Part shown: piece after piece, positions 10,001-18,873 of the stretch
How the letters are laid out: each line of letters begins with the position of its first letter
Numbering within the stretch: position 1 is the first letter of the stretch
Assembly: GCA_020851565.1 (NCBI GenBank)
Contig: JADZCN010000075.1
Location: 19,070 to 83,069, forward strand
Direction: 5' to 3'
DNA: 64,000 nt
Origin: Acidobacteriota bacterium
GTDB taxonomy: Bacteria > Acidobacteriota > Vicinamibacteria > Vicinamibacterales > UBA2999
Notes under the pieces: generated by a model
What the model was told of the DNA's origin: nothing
The model's database searches: none
Seen by the model: only the letters and a program-made list of their open reading frames with translations
Made by a program: the position numbers and the translations under genes

Positions 10001-10216
10001 GAACCAGTACTCGTTGGGCCGCGCCTCGCTGCCGCCGACGGCAATCGACCGGCCGCCGCGCAGCGGCCCGATGCTGCGCCACCGCATGCCGCTGTAGAGG
10101 CTCTCGTCGACGACGGGCGCGGTCTGCGCCGCCGTCACCGGCGCCAATGGTGTCCAGGATGACAGCGCGATCGCAGCCGCACCTGCCAGCAGGATGAGCT
10201 TCCTAGGGGTGGTCAT
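7022..10216 (-). CDS. Secreted VPS10/BNR-repeat beta-propeller protein (glycosyl hydrolase-like)
   Basis: Signal peptide; WRSIGPLRGGRS; many (K/R)(S/T)xDGGxTW Asp-box repeats; C-terminal helical region. Confidence 0.9.
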   Translation of the reverse strand: MTTPRKLILLAGAAAIALSSWTPLAPVTAAQTAPVVDESLYSGMRWRSIGPLRGGRSIAVGGSEARPNEYWFGATGGGAWKTTDGGNNWEPMTDGKITASSIGSLAVCQTNPDIVYIGGGETQFRGNIIQGDGLYKTTDGGRTWTHLPQLRESQAIARIRLHPTNCDIVYAAVFGQVYNDHPERGIFKSTDGGQTFRKTLYRDEKTAGVDVSIDPKNPSVIYAGLWEAFRSPWGMSSGGPGSGLFKSTDGGDTWTEITKNPGLPTGLWGKVGVSVSPADGNRVYAIIENEKGGLFVSDDAGASWKLVNENRNLRQRAFYYTRVVADTQEKDTVYVLNVQFHKSTDGGKTTSTIRVPHGDNHDLWISATDNQRMVQSNDGGGNVTVNGGRTWTSQDFATGQFYNVFTTKHVPYHVCGAQQDNSTACVGSQAQAGAGEGSLPPIFYAAGGGESGYIAPDPNDVNVFYAGSYGGFLSRLDRETGQQRAVNIYPNNPMGYSAIDIKERFQWTYPIVFSPVDGKTLYASSQHLWRTTNGGQSWEKISPNLTRSDPKTMQASGGPITRDQTGVETYAVIFTIAASWQDGNTLWTGSDDGWVHVTRDGGKNWERVTPPDLPDFTRISLIEASPHQNGVAYLAGNRYQLGDRRPYIYKTADFGKTWTKIVNGIPENDFPRVIREDPKKRGQLYVGTEHGIYVSFNDGASWQSLRLNLPTTPVHGIVVEERDLVIGTHGRGFYILDNIGVLRQATPELTASNLFVFETFNPMRGRDRNVTFDYYLGKDADEVKIEFLDAQGTVLRSFTGTPKPTGTGLPEGVDPEMAAFFGMAPARVGVAKGMNRFTWDMRYEGAVVFPGMIMWAAQPQRGPAAPPGKYTVRVTANGETKTRDFTLGIDPRLVADGVTEAYLHEQFKLSQQVRDKVTAANLAVIQIRGIREQINQRLEKVGPRRKAEIQKLADSVLNSLAAVEQEVYQVRNQSGQDPLNYPIKLNNKIAALMGIIESADHRPTQQTYEVFDELSKALDAELQKKDATIKTDLPRLNAAFQREKIEAVSTDVPVPPQTPQPRRP

Positions 10217-10246
10217 GGTGCACTCCGTGAAGAACGACACATTCAG

Positions 10247-11254
10247 TCAGGGTTCGAGTGTAGCCTGATCCCGGGCGAGCAGCGCGACTCCGGCGGCGTT
10301 CAGCAGCAGGATGCGCACGCGCCGCACCAGCGCGAGCGTCACACCGGCGGGCGTGCCCAATCCCAGCAGCTGCGAGACGGATCCCGAGCCCATCTCGTCG
10401 ATGCCGAGCCGGTAGGGAATGAACTTGAAGGCGACCGTGATGAAGCGTCCAGTCGTCTCCATCAGGAACGCCTCGATGAGCGTGGTGCCCTCTCCTCCGG
10501 GGATCATGCGGAGGATCAGCCAGACCTCTGCTACGGCCGCCGCGTGGAACAGGACCTCCCAGGCGGCCACGTGCGCCAGCCGAGCGGTCGGCCAATGCAC
10601 CACATCGTAGATGCTCTGCTCGAGCGCCGTGAGCGCGTCGGGGGAGGCTGGGCGGCGGAGGAGCCGGCCCACCAGCGGCGCCAGCCGTGACAGCACCGCC
10701 GGCCGCGTCCGGAACACCCACAGGGCCACGAGACCCCCGACCAGCGCGGCGACGACAATGCCCTCCCCCATCCGCTCGAGGACCGGAGGGACATCGGCAC
10801 GCTGCAGCATCACCCAGACGCCGCCAAGCAGCATGGCGGCCACGGACGCCGTGTAGAAGCCGTTTTCGACGGCGACTGACGACACGCTCGCGGCGGTCGA
10901 CACGTGCCGCCGTCCCATCACTACCTTGGCGGGCTCGCTGGCCAGCAGGCCGAGCGGCGTGAGGTTGCCGAGCGCGTCGCCGGCCAGGATGGCGACCAGC
11001 GCCGCGCGGAACGGGATGCCCGTGTCGTGCTGCGCGCGCGAGCACAGCGTCCACGCGCGTGCGCGGACGGCCATACGTGCGGCGCCGAGGAGCACCACGA
11101 CGAGAATCCAGGGCCCGAGGCTGCGGAAGCTGTTGACGATGGTGTCCCAGCCGGCCTGCCGGACACTGATCACGAGCAGCGCCAGGCCCGCGGCGGCGAT
11201 GGCCAGGCTCACGATCGACCTGCGGTACCTGGGGAAGGGGCCGGAATCGGTCAC
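10247..11254 (-). CDS. Lysylphosphatidylglycerol synthase TM / flippase-like (YbhN) membrane protein
   Basis: Multi-TM; NLTPLGLLASEPAK and FIPYRLGIDE motifs; start estimated at GTG 11254. Confidence 0.75.
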   Translation of the reverse strand: MTDSGPFPRYRRSIVSLAIAAAGLALLVISVRQAGWDTIVNSFRSLGPWILVVVLLGAARMAVRARAWTLCSRAQHDTGIPFRAALVAILAGDALGNLTPLGLLASEPAKVVMGRRHVSTAASVSSVAVENGFYTASVAAMLLGGVWVMLQRADVPPVLERMGEGIVVAALVGGLVALWVFRTRPAVLSRLAPLVGRLLRRPASPDALTALEQSIYDVVHWPTARLAHVAAWEVLFHAAAVAEVWLILRMIPGGEGTTLIEAFLMETTGRFITVAFKFIPYRLGIDEMGSGSVSQLLGLGTPAGVTLALVRRVRILLLNAAGVALLARDQATLEP

Positions 11255-11262
11255 GGGGTCCC

Positions 11263-11296
11263 GAAAAGCACGAAGGCCCGCGGGACGCGCGGGCCT
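11263..11296 (-). terminator. Probable intrinsic terminator after tRNA-Pro
   Basis: 9-bp stem AGGCCCGCG/CGCGGGCCT followed on the minus strand by TCGTGCTTTT. Confidence 0.55.
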
Positions 11297-11309
11297 GTGC
11301 GGCGGATGG

Positions 11310-11386
<77 letters not shown>

Positions 11387-11483
11387 ACGGCAAGTGTGCA
11401 GTCTATCACAGCGAACGCGTCCCGTGCCCGGCTTTCTCGAGTTCCTTACGGTTCTTGTCACTCATGCGACAGTAAACGACAGA

Positions 11484-11504
11484 AGATGCCATTAAATGGC
11501 ATCT
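11484..11504. promoter_or_regulatory. Perfect palindrome AGATGCCATT-A-AATGGCATCT, candidate operator
   Basis: 10-bp arms with a 1-nt spacer, in the AT-richer gap between tRNA-Pro and the collagen-like gene. Confidence 0.45.
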
Positions 11505-11685
11505 AACGATGAGTCAAGGGGTGTCGTCACACGCAGTCGTGTGTATCTAGCGACATCTATGGGTTGGCCCGGAAGTTGCCCATCGACGCCGGCGAGAAGC
11601 CGTCATGTTGCTGTGGCTCGAAGGGAACCCCACCAAGGGGCATCGACGGCAGAGATCCTGGCACCTCCGCCGCTGGAGTCGCGTG

Positions 11686-12978
11686 ATGAAAACCGTCTTG
11701 AGAGCCGTGGTGAGTCGTTTGTTTCTGGTCCTGTGCATCCTGGCGACGAGCGCCCCGGCACAGGCGCAGTCGGTGCAGGCGCTGGTGGCGCAAGATGTCG
11801 TGCCGGCCGGCGAGGGGGTCATTGTGACCGTCATTGGGCCGCCGGGGCAGTTCTATGCAGTGGGCGGAAGTGCGACGGGCGCGGGCCTGACGCACGGAGG
11901 AGTCGCGCTTCCCCTTGGTCCCGACGCGGTCGTTCTCGCGATGGGTGTGATCGACGGGACCGGCCAGGTGGCGGTCCGGGTCACGCCGCCGTTTCGGGGG
12001 ACCGTGCTCGACCGCTATTACGTGGCCGCGGTCACATCGACGAACTCGTCGTTCGCGCCGGTGCTCGGCTCGGCGGGTCTGGTAATCCGAAACGGTGACT
12101 TGCTGGGAGGCGTTGTCGGCACCAGCGGTCCCGCGGGTCCGGCGGGACCGCAGGGTGAGCAGGGCCCGGCTGGGCCCGCCGGGCCGCAGGGTGAGCAGGG
12201 ACCGGCAGGCCCGGCTGGGCTGCAGGGTGGGCAGGGCCCGGCTGGGCCCGCTGGGCCGGCTGGCCCACAGGGGCTGGCAGGCCCACAGGGGGATGCGGGT
12301 CCTGCGGGTCCGGCAGGGCCGGCGGGTGTGGACGGCGCGCAGGGACCGGCGGGCCCGGCTGGGCCCGCCGGGCCGCAGGGTGAGCTTGGACCGGCGGGCC
12401 CCGCTGGGCTGCAGGGTGGGCTGGGGCCGGCTGGGCCCGCTGGGCCGGTTGGCCCGCAGGGGCTGGCTGGCCCACAGGGGGCTCCGGGTCCGGCGGGTCC
12501 GGCAGGGCCGGCGGGAGTGGACGGCGCGCAGGGGCCCGCGGGGCCGCAGGGCGAGCAGGGCCCGGCAGGTCCGGCTGGGCCGCAGGGGCCGGTGGGGCCA
12601 CAGGGAGATCCCGGGCCGGCGGGTGCAGACGGCGCGCAGGGGCCCGCGGGGCCACAGGGTGAGCAGGGCCCGGCAGGTCCGGCTGGGCCGATGGGTCCCC
12701 AAGGAGCGCAAGGAACCTCCGGTGTGAGCGGCTACGAGCAGACTGTGGTGGCCAGTCCCAACAACAACGTGACCGCGAAGACGATCACGGCGTCATGCCC
12801 GGCCGGCAAGGTCGTCCTGGGTGGCGGGTTCGTGGCGAGCGGGGCCACCACGACCGTGGTGCTGGCCAACGGCCCTTCGAGCGCCACCGACTGGACCGTG
12901 ATGGTCCGCGAGAACCAGGCTGGCGCGCCGACGTGGACCCTCACGGTCACGGCTGCGTGCGTGACTGCCCTGCCCTAG
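11686..12978 (+). CDS. Secreted collagen-like protein
   Basis: Signal peptide ending AQA; about 67 uninterrupted Gly-X-Y triplets (about 12118-12729); C-terminal [11 protein letters not shown]...AAC domain. Confidence 0.9.
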   Translation: MKTVLRAVVSRLFLVLCILATSAPAQAQSVQALVAQDVVPAGEGVIVTVIGPPGQFYAVGGSATGAGLTHGGVALPLGPDAVVLAMGVIDGTGQVAVRVTPPFRGTVLDRYYVAAVTSTNSSFAPVLGSAGLVIRNGDLLGGVVGTSGPAGPAGPQGEQGPAGPAGPQGEQGPAGPAGLQGGQGPAGPAGPAGPQGLAGPQGDAGPAGPAGPAGVDGAQGPAGPAGPAGPQGELGPAGPAGLQGGLGPAGPAGPVGPQGLAGPQGAPGPAGPAGPAGVDGAQGPAGPQGEQGPAGPAGPQGPVGPQGDPGPAGADGAQGPAGPQGEQGPAGPAGPMGPQGAQGTSGVSGYEQTVVASPNNNVTAKTITASCPAGKVVLGGGFVASGATTTVVLANGPSSATDWTVMVRENQAGAPTWTLTVTAACVTALP

Positions 12979-13031
12979 CAGCCCGTGGCTGCAGGCACCG
13001 GGAAAACAGGGCGCGTTCCAGCACGGGGCGC

Positions 13032-13769
13032 TCACCGGATCAGCGCGTCGAGCGCGGCCAGCGCTCCGTGGTCGGTCAGGTCGGCTTGGAGGGGCGTGAC
13101 CGACACGTACCCCTCCATGACCGCCTCGTAGTCGGACCGCCCGCCCTCGGGGTGCCAGTCGTCCAGCGCTTCCTCGATCCAGTAGTACGGCTGGCCACGC
13201 GGGTCGAGGCGGGAGTCGATCTTCGTCACGTGGTTCCGGCGCGCCTGGGTCGTCACACGGAAGCCCTTCGGCTGGCCGGTGTTGACGTTGATGTTCAGGA
13301 ACGTCCGCGCGGGCCACTGGCTCGCGAGGACCTGGCGGGCGACGCGGGCCGCCGCATCAGCTGCGTGCGAGAAGTCGAACATCGGCGTGCGCTTGAGCGA
13401 GACCGCGATGGCCGGGATGCCCAGCAGCGCGGCCTCCATCGCCCCGGCCACGGTCCCCGAATAGGTGACGTCGTCGCCGAGGTTCCAGCCCTTGTTGATG
13501 CCGGAGACGACGAGGTCGGGCCTGCGCTTCAGGACGATCTCGACGCCGAGGTTCACGCAGTCCGTGGGGGTGCCGTCCACCGCGTACACGCCGGGGCCGT
13601 GCTCCTCGAGGCGCAGCGGCCGGCGCAGCGTCAGCGCGTGGCCGATGGCCGACGCTTCCTGCGTGGGCGCCACGATCGTGATGTCGCCGAGCGGCCTGAG
13701 CGCGTCGGCCAGGGCATGGATGCCGGCAGACGACACGCCGTCATCGTTGGTCACGAGAATGGAAGGCAT
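13032..13769 (-). CDS. surE: 5'/3'-nucleotidase SurE
   Basis: ILVTNDDG, GTPTDCV, SGINKGWNLG, YSGTVAGA motifs. Confidence 0.97.
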   Translation of the reverse strand: MPSILVTNDDGVSSAGIHALADALRPLGDITIVAPTQEASAIGHALTLRRPLRLEEHGPGVYAVDGTPTDCVNLGVEIVLKRRPDLVVSGINKGWNLGDDVTYSGTVAGAMEAALLGIPAIAVSLKRTPMFDFSHAADAAARVARQVLASQWPARTFLNINVNTGQPKGFRVTTQARRNHVTKIDSRLDPRGQPYYWIEEALDDWHPEGGRSDYEAVMEGYVSVTPLQADLTDHGALAALDALIR

Positions 13770-13818
13770 TGGAACCATTGATCATACGCGAAGCGGGCGA
13801 AGCCCTATAATGCGCGGG

Positions 13819-14256
13819 ATGGACTGGTGGATGTGGATTGCCGGCGGCCTGGCCCTGCTGGTGCTGGAACTGGCCACGCCCAGCGGGTTCTTCATCATGT
13901 TCTTCGGCCTGGGCGCCCTCACGGTGGGCGTGCTCCAGCGCGTCGGGGCCGTCGAGGCCGGCTGGATGCAGTGGCTGCTGTTCACGGTCCTGTCGCTCGC
14001 CTACCTGCTGGTGTTCCGTGGGAAGCTGCAGGCGCGCTTCCAGGCGCCTCCCCCGCTCGACGTGGACTCGCTGGTCGGCGTGCTGGCGGTCCCGCAGGGC
14101 GCCATCGAGCCCGGTGACGTGGGTCGCGTCGAGGTTCGCGGTTCCACCTGGAGCGCGCGCAACATCGCGGCCGTTCCCGTCTACACGGGGCAGCGCTGCA
14201 CGGTCGTCACGGTGGACGGCCTGTTGCTCGGGGTCAGGCCCGAGCAGGCGGGATGA
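13819..14256 (+). CDS. NfeD-family membrane protein (short, OB-fold)
   Basis: WMWIAGGLALLVLE...GRVEVRGSTWSA; directly upstream of an SPFH gene. Confidence 0.9.
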   Translation: MDWWMWIAGGLALLVLELATPSGFFIMFFGLGALTVGVLQRVGAVEAGWMQWLLFTVLSLAYLLVFRGKLQARFQAPPPLDVDSLVGVLAVPQGAIEPGDVGRVEVRGSTWSARNIAAVPVYTGQRCTVVTVDGLLLGVRPEQAG

Positions 14257-14319
14257 CCCAATACCTGGCACGCTGCACCTGGCACCCCTGCACCTGCACC
14301 CTCCCTTAGGAGCGTCCCC

Positions 14320-15243
14320 ATGTTCGAAGGTGGCCTGTTCGTCATCATCCTGCTCGCAATCCTGGTGCTCATCGTCCTGGCAAAGACGGCCATCGTAGTG
14401 CCTCAGCAGAGCGCCTTCGTGGTGGAGCGCCTGGGCCGCTACTCGGGCACGCTCGACGCCGGCTTCCACATCCTCGTGCCGTTCATCGACGTCATCCGCT
14501 ACAAGCACTCGCTGAAGGAGTCGGCGGTGGACATCCCGGCGCAGGTCTGCATCACGCGCGACAACGTGCAGGTCGGCGTGGACGGTGTCCTCTACCTGAA
14601 GGTGCTGAACCCGGAGCGCGCCTCGTACGGCATCTCGGACTACCTCTTCGCCATCTCGCAGCTGGCCCAGACCACGCTGCGCAGCGAAGTGGGCAAGATC
14701 GACCTGGACCGGACCTTCGAGGAGCGCACCAACATCAACACGGCGGTGGTCGCCGAGCTCGACAAGGCAACGGAACCGTGGGGCGTCAAGGTGCTCCGCT
14801 ACGAGATCAAGAACATCACGCCGCCGTCGGACGTGCTGGCGGCGATGGAGAAGCAGATGCGCGCCGAGCGCGAGAAGCGCGCCGTGATCCTCACGTCCGA
14901 GGGCCAGCGCGACGCGGCCATCAACAATGCCGAGGGCGACAAGCAGCAGACCATCAAGGCCTCGGAAGCGCGCAAGACGCAGCAGATCAACGAGGCGGAA
15001 GGCCAGGCCGCAGCCATCCTGGCCGTGGCCACGGCCACGGCCGAAGGCATCCGGAGAGTGGCGGAGGCCACGCAACTGCCGGGCGGCGCGGAGGCGATTC
15101 AGCTGAAGGTGGCCGAGCAGTACATCGGCGAGTTCGGCAAGGTGATCAGCAACGCCGACACGATCATCCTGCCCTCGAACGTGGCCGACATTGCCTCGGT
15201 GATCACGACGGCGATGAACGTCGTCAACCAGGGCAAGAAATGA
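14320..15243 (+). CDS. SPFH/stomatin-like (QmcA/paraslipin) protein
   Basis: VVERLGRY, ITRDNV, QTTLRSEVG, MEKQMRAEREKRA. Confidence 0.95.
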   Translation: MFEGGLFVIILLAILVLIVLAKTAIVVPQQSAFVVERLGRYSGTLDAGFHILVPFIDVIRYKHSLKESAVDIPAQVCITRDNVQVGVDGVLYLKVLNPERASYGISDYLFAISQLAQTTLRSEVGKIDLDRTFEERTNINTAVVAELDKATEPWGVKVLRYEIKNITPPSDVLAAMEKQMRAEREKRAVILTSEGQRDAAINNAEGDKQQTIKASEARKTQQINEAEGQAAAILAVATATAEGIRRVAEATQLPGGAEAIQLKVAEQYIGEFGKVISNADTIILPSNVADIASVITTAMNVVNQGKK

Positions 15244-15253
15244 AGGCGACTAC

Positions 15254-15372
15254 GACGACCCGAAGAGCACGAGGGAAGCACGAAGCGAGGCGTCACGTCC
15301 TCGAGACTCCGGGGGCCTCGAGACTCAGATGCCTTCGTGCCGTCTTCGTGTCCTTCGTGCCATCGTGGTTTC
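15254..15372. repeat. Inverted CACGAAG-unit repeat between convergent genes
   Basis: CACGA(A/G)G units on the left and CTTCGTG units on the right; same family as 60892-61032. Confidence 0.7.
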
Positions 15373-15376
15373 TCTT

Positions 15377-15760
15377 TCAGGGCACGTAGGCGATGCAGTC
15401 GATCTCGACGCGGAGTCCTGCACCGGGGAGGCCTGCCGCCTGGATGGTGGTCCGCGCCGGGCGGTGATCGCCGAACACGCGCGCGTAGACCCCGTTCATC
15501 TGCTGGAACTCCTTCATGTCCAGCAGGAACACCCCGCACCGCAGCACGTGCTGCAGGTCCGAGCCCGCCGCCTGCAGGATCGCGCGGACGTTCTTCAGGC
15601 ACTGCTCGGTCTGCGTCTCCACGTCGGGCCCGGCCAGCTGGCCGGTGGCCGGGTCGGTGGCACCCTGTCCCGACACGAAGATGAGGCGCTCGAAGTTCAT
15701 CCCCGGCGAGTACGGGCCCACGGGCTTGGGAAGGTTGGCGGCGTGAACGGGTTTGTGCAT
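15377..15760 (-). CDS. RidA/YjgF family reactive-intermediate deaminase
   Basis: GPYSPG, FVSGQG, MNGVY...PARTT...VEIDCIA. Confidence 0.92.
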   Translation of the reverse strand: MHKPVHAANLPKPVGPYSPGMNFERLIFVSGQGATDPATGQLAGPDVETQTEQCLKNVRAILQAAGSDLQHVLRCGVFLLDMKEFQQMNGVYARVFGDHRPARTTIQAAGLPGAGLRVEIDCIAYVP

Positions 15761-15777
15761 GCCGGGATTGTACGATC

Positions 15778-15930
15778 GCGACGGGAGGGAGATACGACGG
15801 GAGGGGAACCCCGCCGGGAGAGAACGGCGACGGGAGGGAATCGCGACGGGAGTAGAACCAAGTCGGGAAAGACGAACGTCCACTCCCGACGAGGCCTCCC
15901 CTTCCCGACACGCGCCCGCCGCCTCCCGGC
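15778..15930. repeat. Degenerate CGACGGGAG repeat cluster; 26-bp core also present at 57793
   Basis: Several CG(A/C)CGGGAG units followed by TCCCG units; CGACGGGAGGGGAACCCCGCCGGGAG is identical at 15795-15820 and 57793-57818. Confidence 0.75.
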
Positions 15931-15945
15931 TATGATCATCCACCA

Positions 15946-16746
15946 ATGGCGCGCTACAGAGTGACCCTGGAATACGCCGGCACGCGCTACAGCGGCTGGC
16001 AGAAGCAGAAGAACGCGCGCACCGTGCAGGGCGAGATCGAGCGCGCCATTGCCGAGGCCACGGGCCAGCGGTCGTTCGAGTTCCAGGGCTCTGGCCGGAC
16101 CGATGCGGGCGTGCACGCGCTGCACCAGGTAGCGCACCTCGACATCAAGCTCCGGGTGCCGCCGGAGACGTTGCGGCGGCAGGTGAACGACGAACTGCCC
16201 GCGGACATCAACCTGCTCCGCATCGACCCGGCGCCCGCGCGGTTCCATGCCCGGCACGCGGCCGTTGCCCGCAGCTACCTCTACCAGGTGAGCCGGCGCC
16301 GATCAGCCTTTGCGAAGCCCTACGTGTGGTGGGTCAAGGATGGCATCGACGCCGACCGGATGCGCGCGGGCGCGGCCCGCTTTGCCGGCATGCACGACTT
16401 CCGCTCGTTCAGCGACGACGACCCCGAGGAGAAATCCACGGAGGTGCTCGTCGAGGAGGTCACCGTGGCCGAGGCGGGCGACCTGGTGCTCATCCGCGTG
16501 GGCGGGTCACACTTCATCTGGAAGATGGTCCGCCGGATGGTGGGCGTGCTGGTGGAAGTGGGATGCGGACGGCTCGAGCCCGAGGCGGTGGAGCGGCTCC
16601 TGCGCGAGGACACCGGGATGCCGGCGCGGCTCACCGCCCCGGCGTCCGGGCTGTTCCTTGAACGCGTCTTCTACCCGCGGGACGAGCGGCGGCTGCCCCT
16701 CGTCCCGGCGTTCGCGCTGGCTACTGGTTGGCCAGGGCGTCCATGA
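15946..16746 (+). CDS. truA: tRNA pseudouridine(38-40) synthase
   Basis: YxGxxYSGWQ, GRTDAGVHA, MVRRMVG, TAPASGLFL. Confidence 0.95.
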   Translation: MARYRVTLEYAGTRYSGWQKQKNARTVQGEIERAIAEATGQRSFEFQGSGRTDAGVHALHQVAHLDIKLRVPPETLRRQVNDELPADINLLRIDPAPARFHARHAAVARSYLYQVSRRRSAFAKPYVWWVKDGIDADRMRAGAARFAGMHDFRSFSDDDPEEKSTEVLVEEVTVAEAGDLVLIRVGGSHFIWKMVRRMVGVLVEVGCGRLEPEAVERLLREDTGMPARLTAPASGLFLERVFYPRDERRLPLVPAFALATGWPGRP

Positions 16747-17494
16747 GCGCCTCGGCGCGCTGCCGCGCACGATCCAGGCGCTCCTTCAGGTTGTCGAACA
16801 CGAACTCGTGGCCGGCGTTGGCAGCCTCGATGATGGGGACTTCGGCCTGGCGGTACTGATCCTCGAACTTGGCGCGGAGGCCCTTGTCCTTGATGCGGCG
16901 GATGATGCCCTGCGCCTGGTCCAGGCGCGCGCGCACCTCGCGGACGTCGGTCATCAGCATGCGGGCCTCGTCGGCCCGGCCCGTCCGTTCCTGTTCACGG
17001 CCGGGACCGTGGCAGGTGGAACACTGGCGCGAGAGCGAGGCCGGGGACAGCAGGTGTGCGCCCACTTCCCCATGGCAGGTGGAGCACGTCGGCCCGCGGT
17101 CGTCCCCGCTCAGGAGCAGCTTGTAGTGCTGGCTCTTCTGGAACGCGACGAACGGGCCCGTGTGGCACGTCCCGCACGTCTTCGGGAGGTTGACCCGGCT
17201 CACCGGGCTGGCCGGGCTCGACGCGGGCAGCATGTTCTGGTGGGCCTGGAACTTCTCGAACGTGTTGGGGTTGCCGCCGTGGCACTTCTCGCAGCCCACG
17301 TTGTTGCGCGAGTGGGGCGAGAAGTCCCAGTCCTGCAGGTGCCGGAGGGCAAACCCGCTCCAATTGGGGGCGGCCGACTGCTGGTTGGCAATGTGGCAGT
17401 CAGCACACCGACTCGACTGGGCCTGGACGGAGACCACCCACCCCGCGAGGATGACGAGGGCGAGCAGGATGGGGGCACGAAAGACGCTACGCAT
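16721..17494 (-). CDS. Periplasmic pentaheme cytochrome c with C-terminal helical domain
   Basis: Signal peptide; five CxxCH motifs (CADCH, CEKCH, CGTCH, CSTCH, CSTCH). Confidence 0.9.
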   Translation of the reverse strand: MRSVFRAPILLALVILAGWVVSVQAQSSRCADCHIANQQSAAPNWSGFALRHLQDWDFSPHSRNNVGCEKCHGGNPNTFEKFQAHQNMLPASSPASPVSRVNLPKTCGTCHTGPFVAFQKSQHYKLLLSGDDRGPTCSTCHGEVGAHLLSPASLSRQCSTCHGPGREQERTGRADEARMLMTDVREVRARLDQAQGIIRRIKDKGLRAKFEDQYRQAEVPIIEAANAGHEFVFDNLKERLDRARQRAEALMDALANQ

Positions 17495-17529
17495 ACCGGG
17501 AAAGTATACAAGCGCCGCGCCCGTGCCCA

Positions 17530-17775
17530 TCACGCGACGGCGGCACTTTTTTGCGCGGCCGGCGCGTACCGGGGCGGGAGCCCTGTCGGCGGCGCCGTCA
17601 ATGCGGCCGCCCTGAGGCGATCCGCGTGCTTCCGGTAACACTGAAAGCACAGCGTGTGATACCGATCCCACTTGACGATGCCCCGATAACGGAAGAGCGC
17701 GCGGCGGGACTCGCATTCGCGGCAGACATGCTTGACGGCCGGCGCCCGCCGGCCAAACCGAAGTCGCAGCACCAT
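17530..17775 (-). CDS. Small basic Zn-ribbon protein (CRECE...CFQC)
   Basis: Two CxxC pairs; TAGGCT -10 box 7 nt before the ATG; divergent from the WYL gene. Confidence 0.65.
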   Translation of the reverse strand: MVLRLRFGRRAPAVKHVCRECESRRALFRYRGIVKWDRYHTLCFQCYRKHADRLRAAALTAPPTGLPPRYAPAAQKSAAVA

Positions 17776-17782
17776 GTCGGCA

Positions 17783-17815
17783 AGCCTACCGGCCGCGTTG
17801 GACAGATGAGGTCAC
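17783..17815 (-). promoter_or_regulatory. PafBC-like WYL-activated promoter TGTCCA-N10-TAGGCT
   Basis: Same geometry as the mycobacterial PafBC motif TGTCGG-N10-TAnnnT, with 4/6 match in the upstream hexamer; preceded by TGACC-N5. Confidence 0.55.
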
Positions 17816-17816
17816 G

Positions 17817-18800
17817 ATGGAACGCCATGCCGAGATCGTGCGCCAGTGGCGCATCCTGCTGGCCCTCGAAGGCCGGGCCCGCGGGCTTTCGTTGGCCGAC
17901 CTGCAGGAGGTGGCCGGCGAGGGGGTCTCTGACCGCACCATCCGGCGCGACCTGGCGGCGCTGTCGCAGGCCGGCTTCCCCATCGAATCGTCGCGGGTGG
18001 ACGGCAGGACCCGGTACACGCTCAACCGCGAGGTCTTCGGCGGCCTGGCGTCAGCCGGGCTCTCGCTCTCCGAGCTGTGCGCGCTCTACTTGAGCCGCAC
18101 CCTGCTCTCGGCCCTCGCCGGGGACCCGTTCCGCGACAGCCTCACCTCGGCGTTCGACAAGCTGGCCGAGGCGCTGCCGCCCGCCCTGTGGCGCTTCATC
18201 GACCAGTTGCCCTCGGCCCTGGCGGCCAAGGCCCAGACCGCCCGCGTGCCCTCCGCGGCGCCGCGCCTCGTCGATGCGCTGATGGGCGCCATCCTCGCTC
18301 ACCGGCGCGCGCGCATGCGCTACCACTCGTTCGCCAGCCAGCAGGTGAAGGACTACCTCGTGGAGCCCTACCGGGTCGCCTACGCCCAGGGCACGCTGTA
18401 CCTCTTCGCCTTCGTGCCCCTCTACGGCGAGATGCGCACCTTTGCCGTGCAGCGGATCGAGTCGCTGGTCGTCCTGGAGGACACCTTCGATCCCAGGGAG
18501 GCCAGCGCCGCCGTCTTTCCCGATTCGCTGACCGTGTATTCCGGGACGCCCGAACGCGTGGTGATCGACTTCACGTCCGCCGAGTCGCCGTACATCCGCG
18601 AACGGGACTGGCACCCGAGCCAGGTGCTGGAAGACCGGGCCGACGGCGGCGTGCGCCTCACCCTCGACGTGGTCATCGACTGGGGCCTCGAGGCATGGGT
18701 GCTCGGTTTCGGTCCCGCGGCGAGGGTCGTTCACCCCCCGGCGCTCGTCGCGCGCATCGTCGAGCGACTGGATGCCGCACGGGCGAGGTACGGGGGCTGA
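17817..18800 (+). CDS. HTH-WYL-WCX transcriptional regulator (YafY/PafBC family)
   Basis: VSDRTIRRDLAAL HTH; VEPY...LYLFA...RTFAVQRI WYL; WVLGFG...PPAL WCX. Confidence 0.93.
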   Translation: MERHAEIVRQWRILLALEGRARGLSLADLQEVAGEGVSDRTIRRDLAALSQAGFPIESSRVDGRTRYTLNREVFGGLASAGLSLSELCALYLSRTLLSALAGDPFRDSLTSAFDKLAEALPPALWRFIDQLPSALAAKAQTARVPSAAPRLVDALMGAILAHRRARMRYHSFASQQVKDYLVEPYRVAYAQGTLYLFAFVPLYGEMRTFAVQRIESLVVLEDTFDPREASAAVFPDSLTVYSGTPERVVIDFTSAESPYIRERDWHPSQVLEDRADGGVRLTLDVVIDWGLEAWVLGFGPAARVVHPPALVARIVERLDAARARYGG

Positions 18801-18873
18801 TGGTGGCGAGGGAGAAGGAGACGGAAGAAGGCAGAAGGGATACGGGAGAAGTGCGTCGCAACAGAGGGCATCC

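Noticed and set aside
11560..11685. Riboswitch (for example c-di-GMP) upstream of the collagen-like gene
   Set aside because: No recognisable consensus by eye; an Rfam search would be needed.
15778..15930. Possible CRISPR array
   Set aside because: Units are short, degenerate and irregularly spaced, with no unique 30-40-nt spacers and no cas genes in the window.
16721..17494. NrfA nitrite reductase
   Set aside because: Too short, lacks the CxxCK active-site motif, and has no nrfH or nrfBCD nearby.
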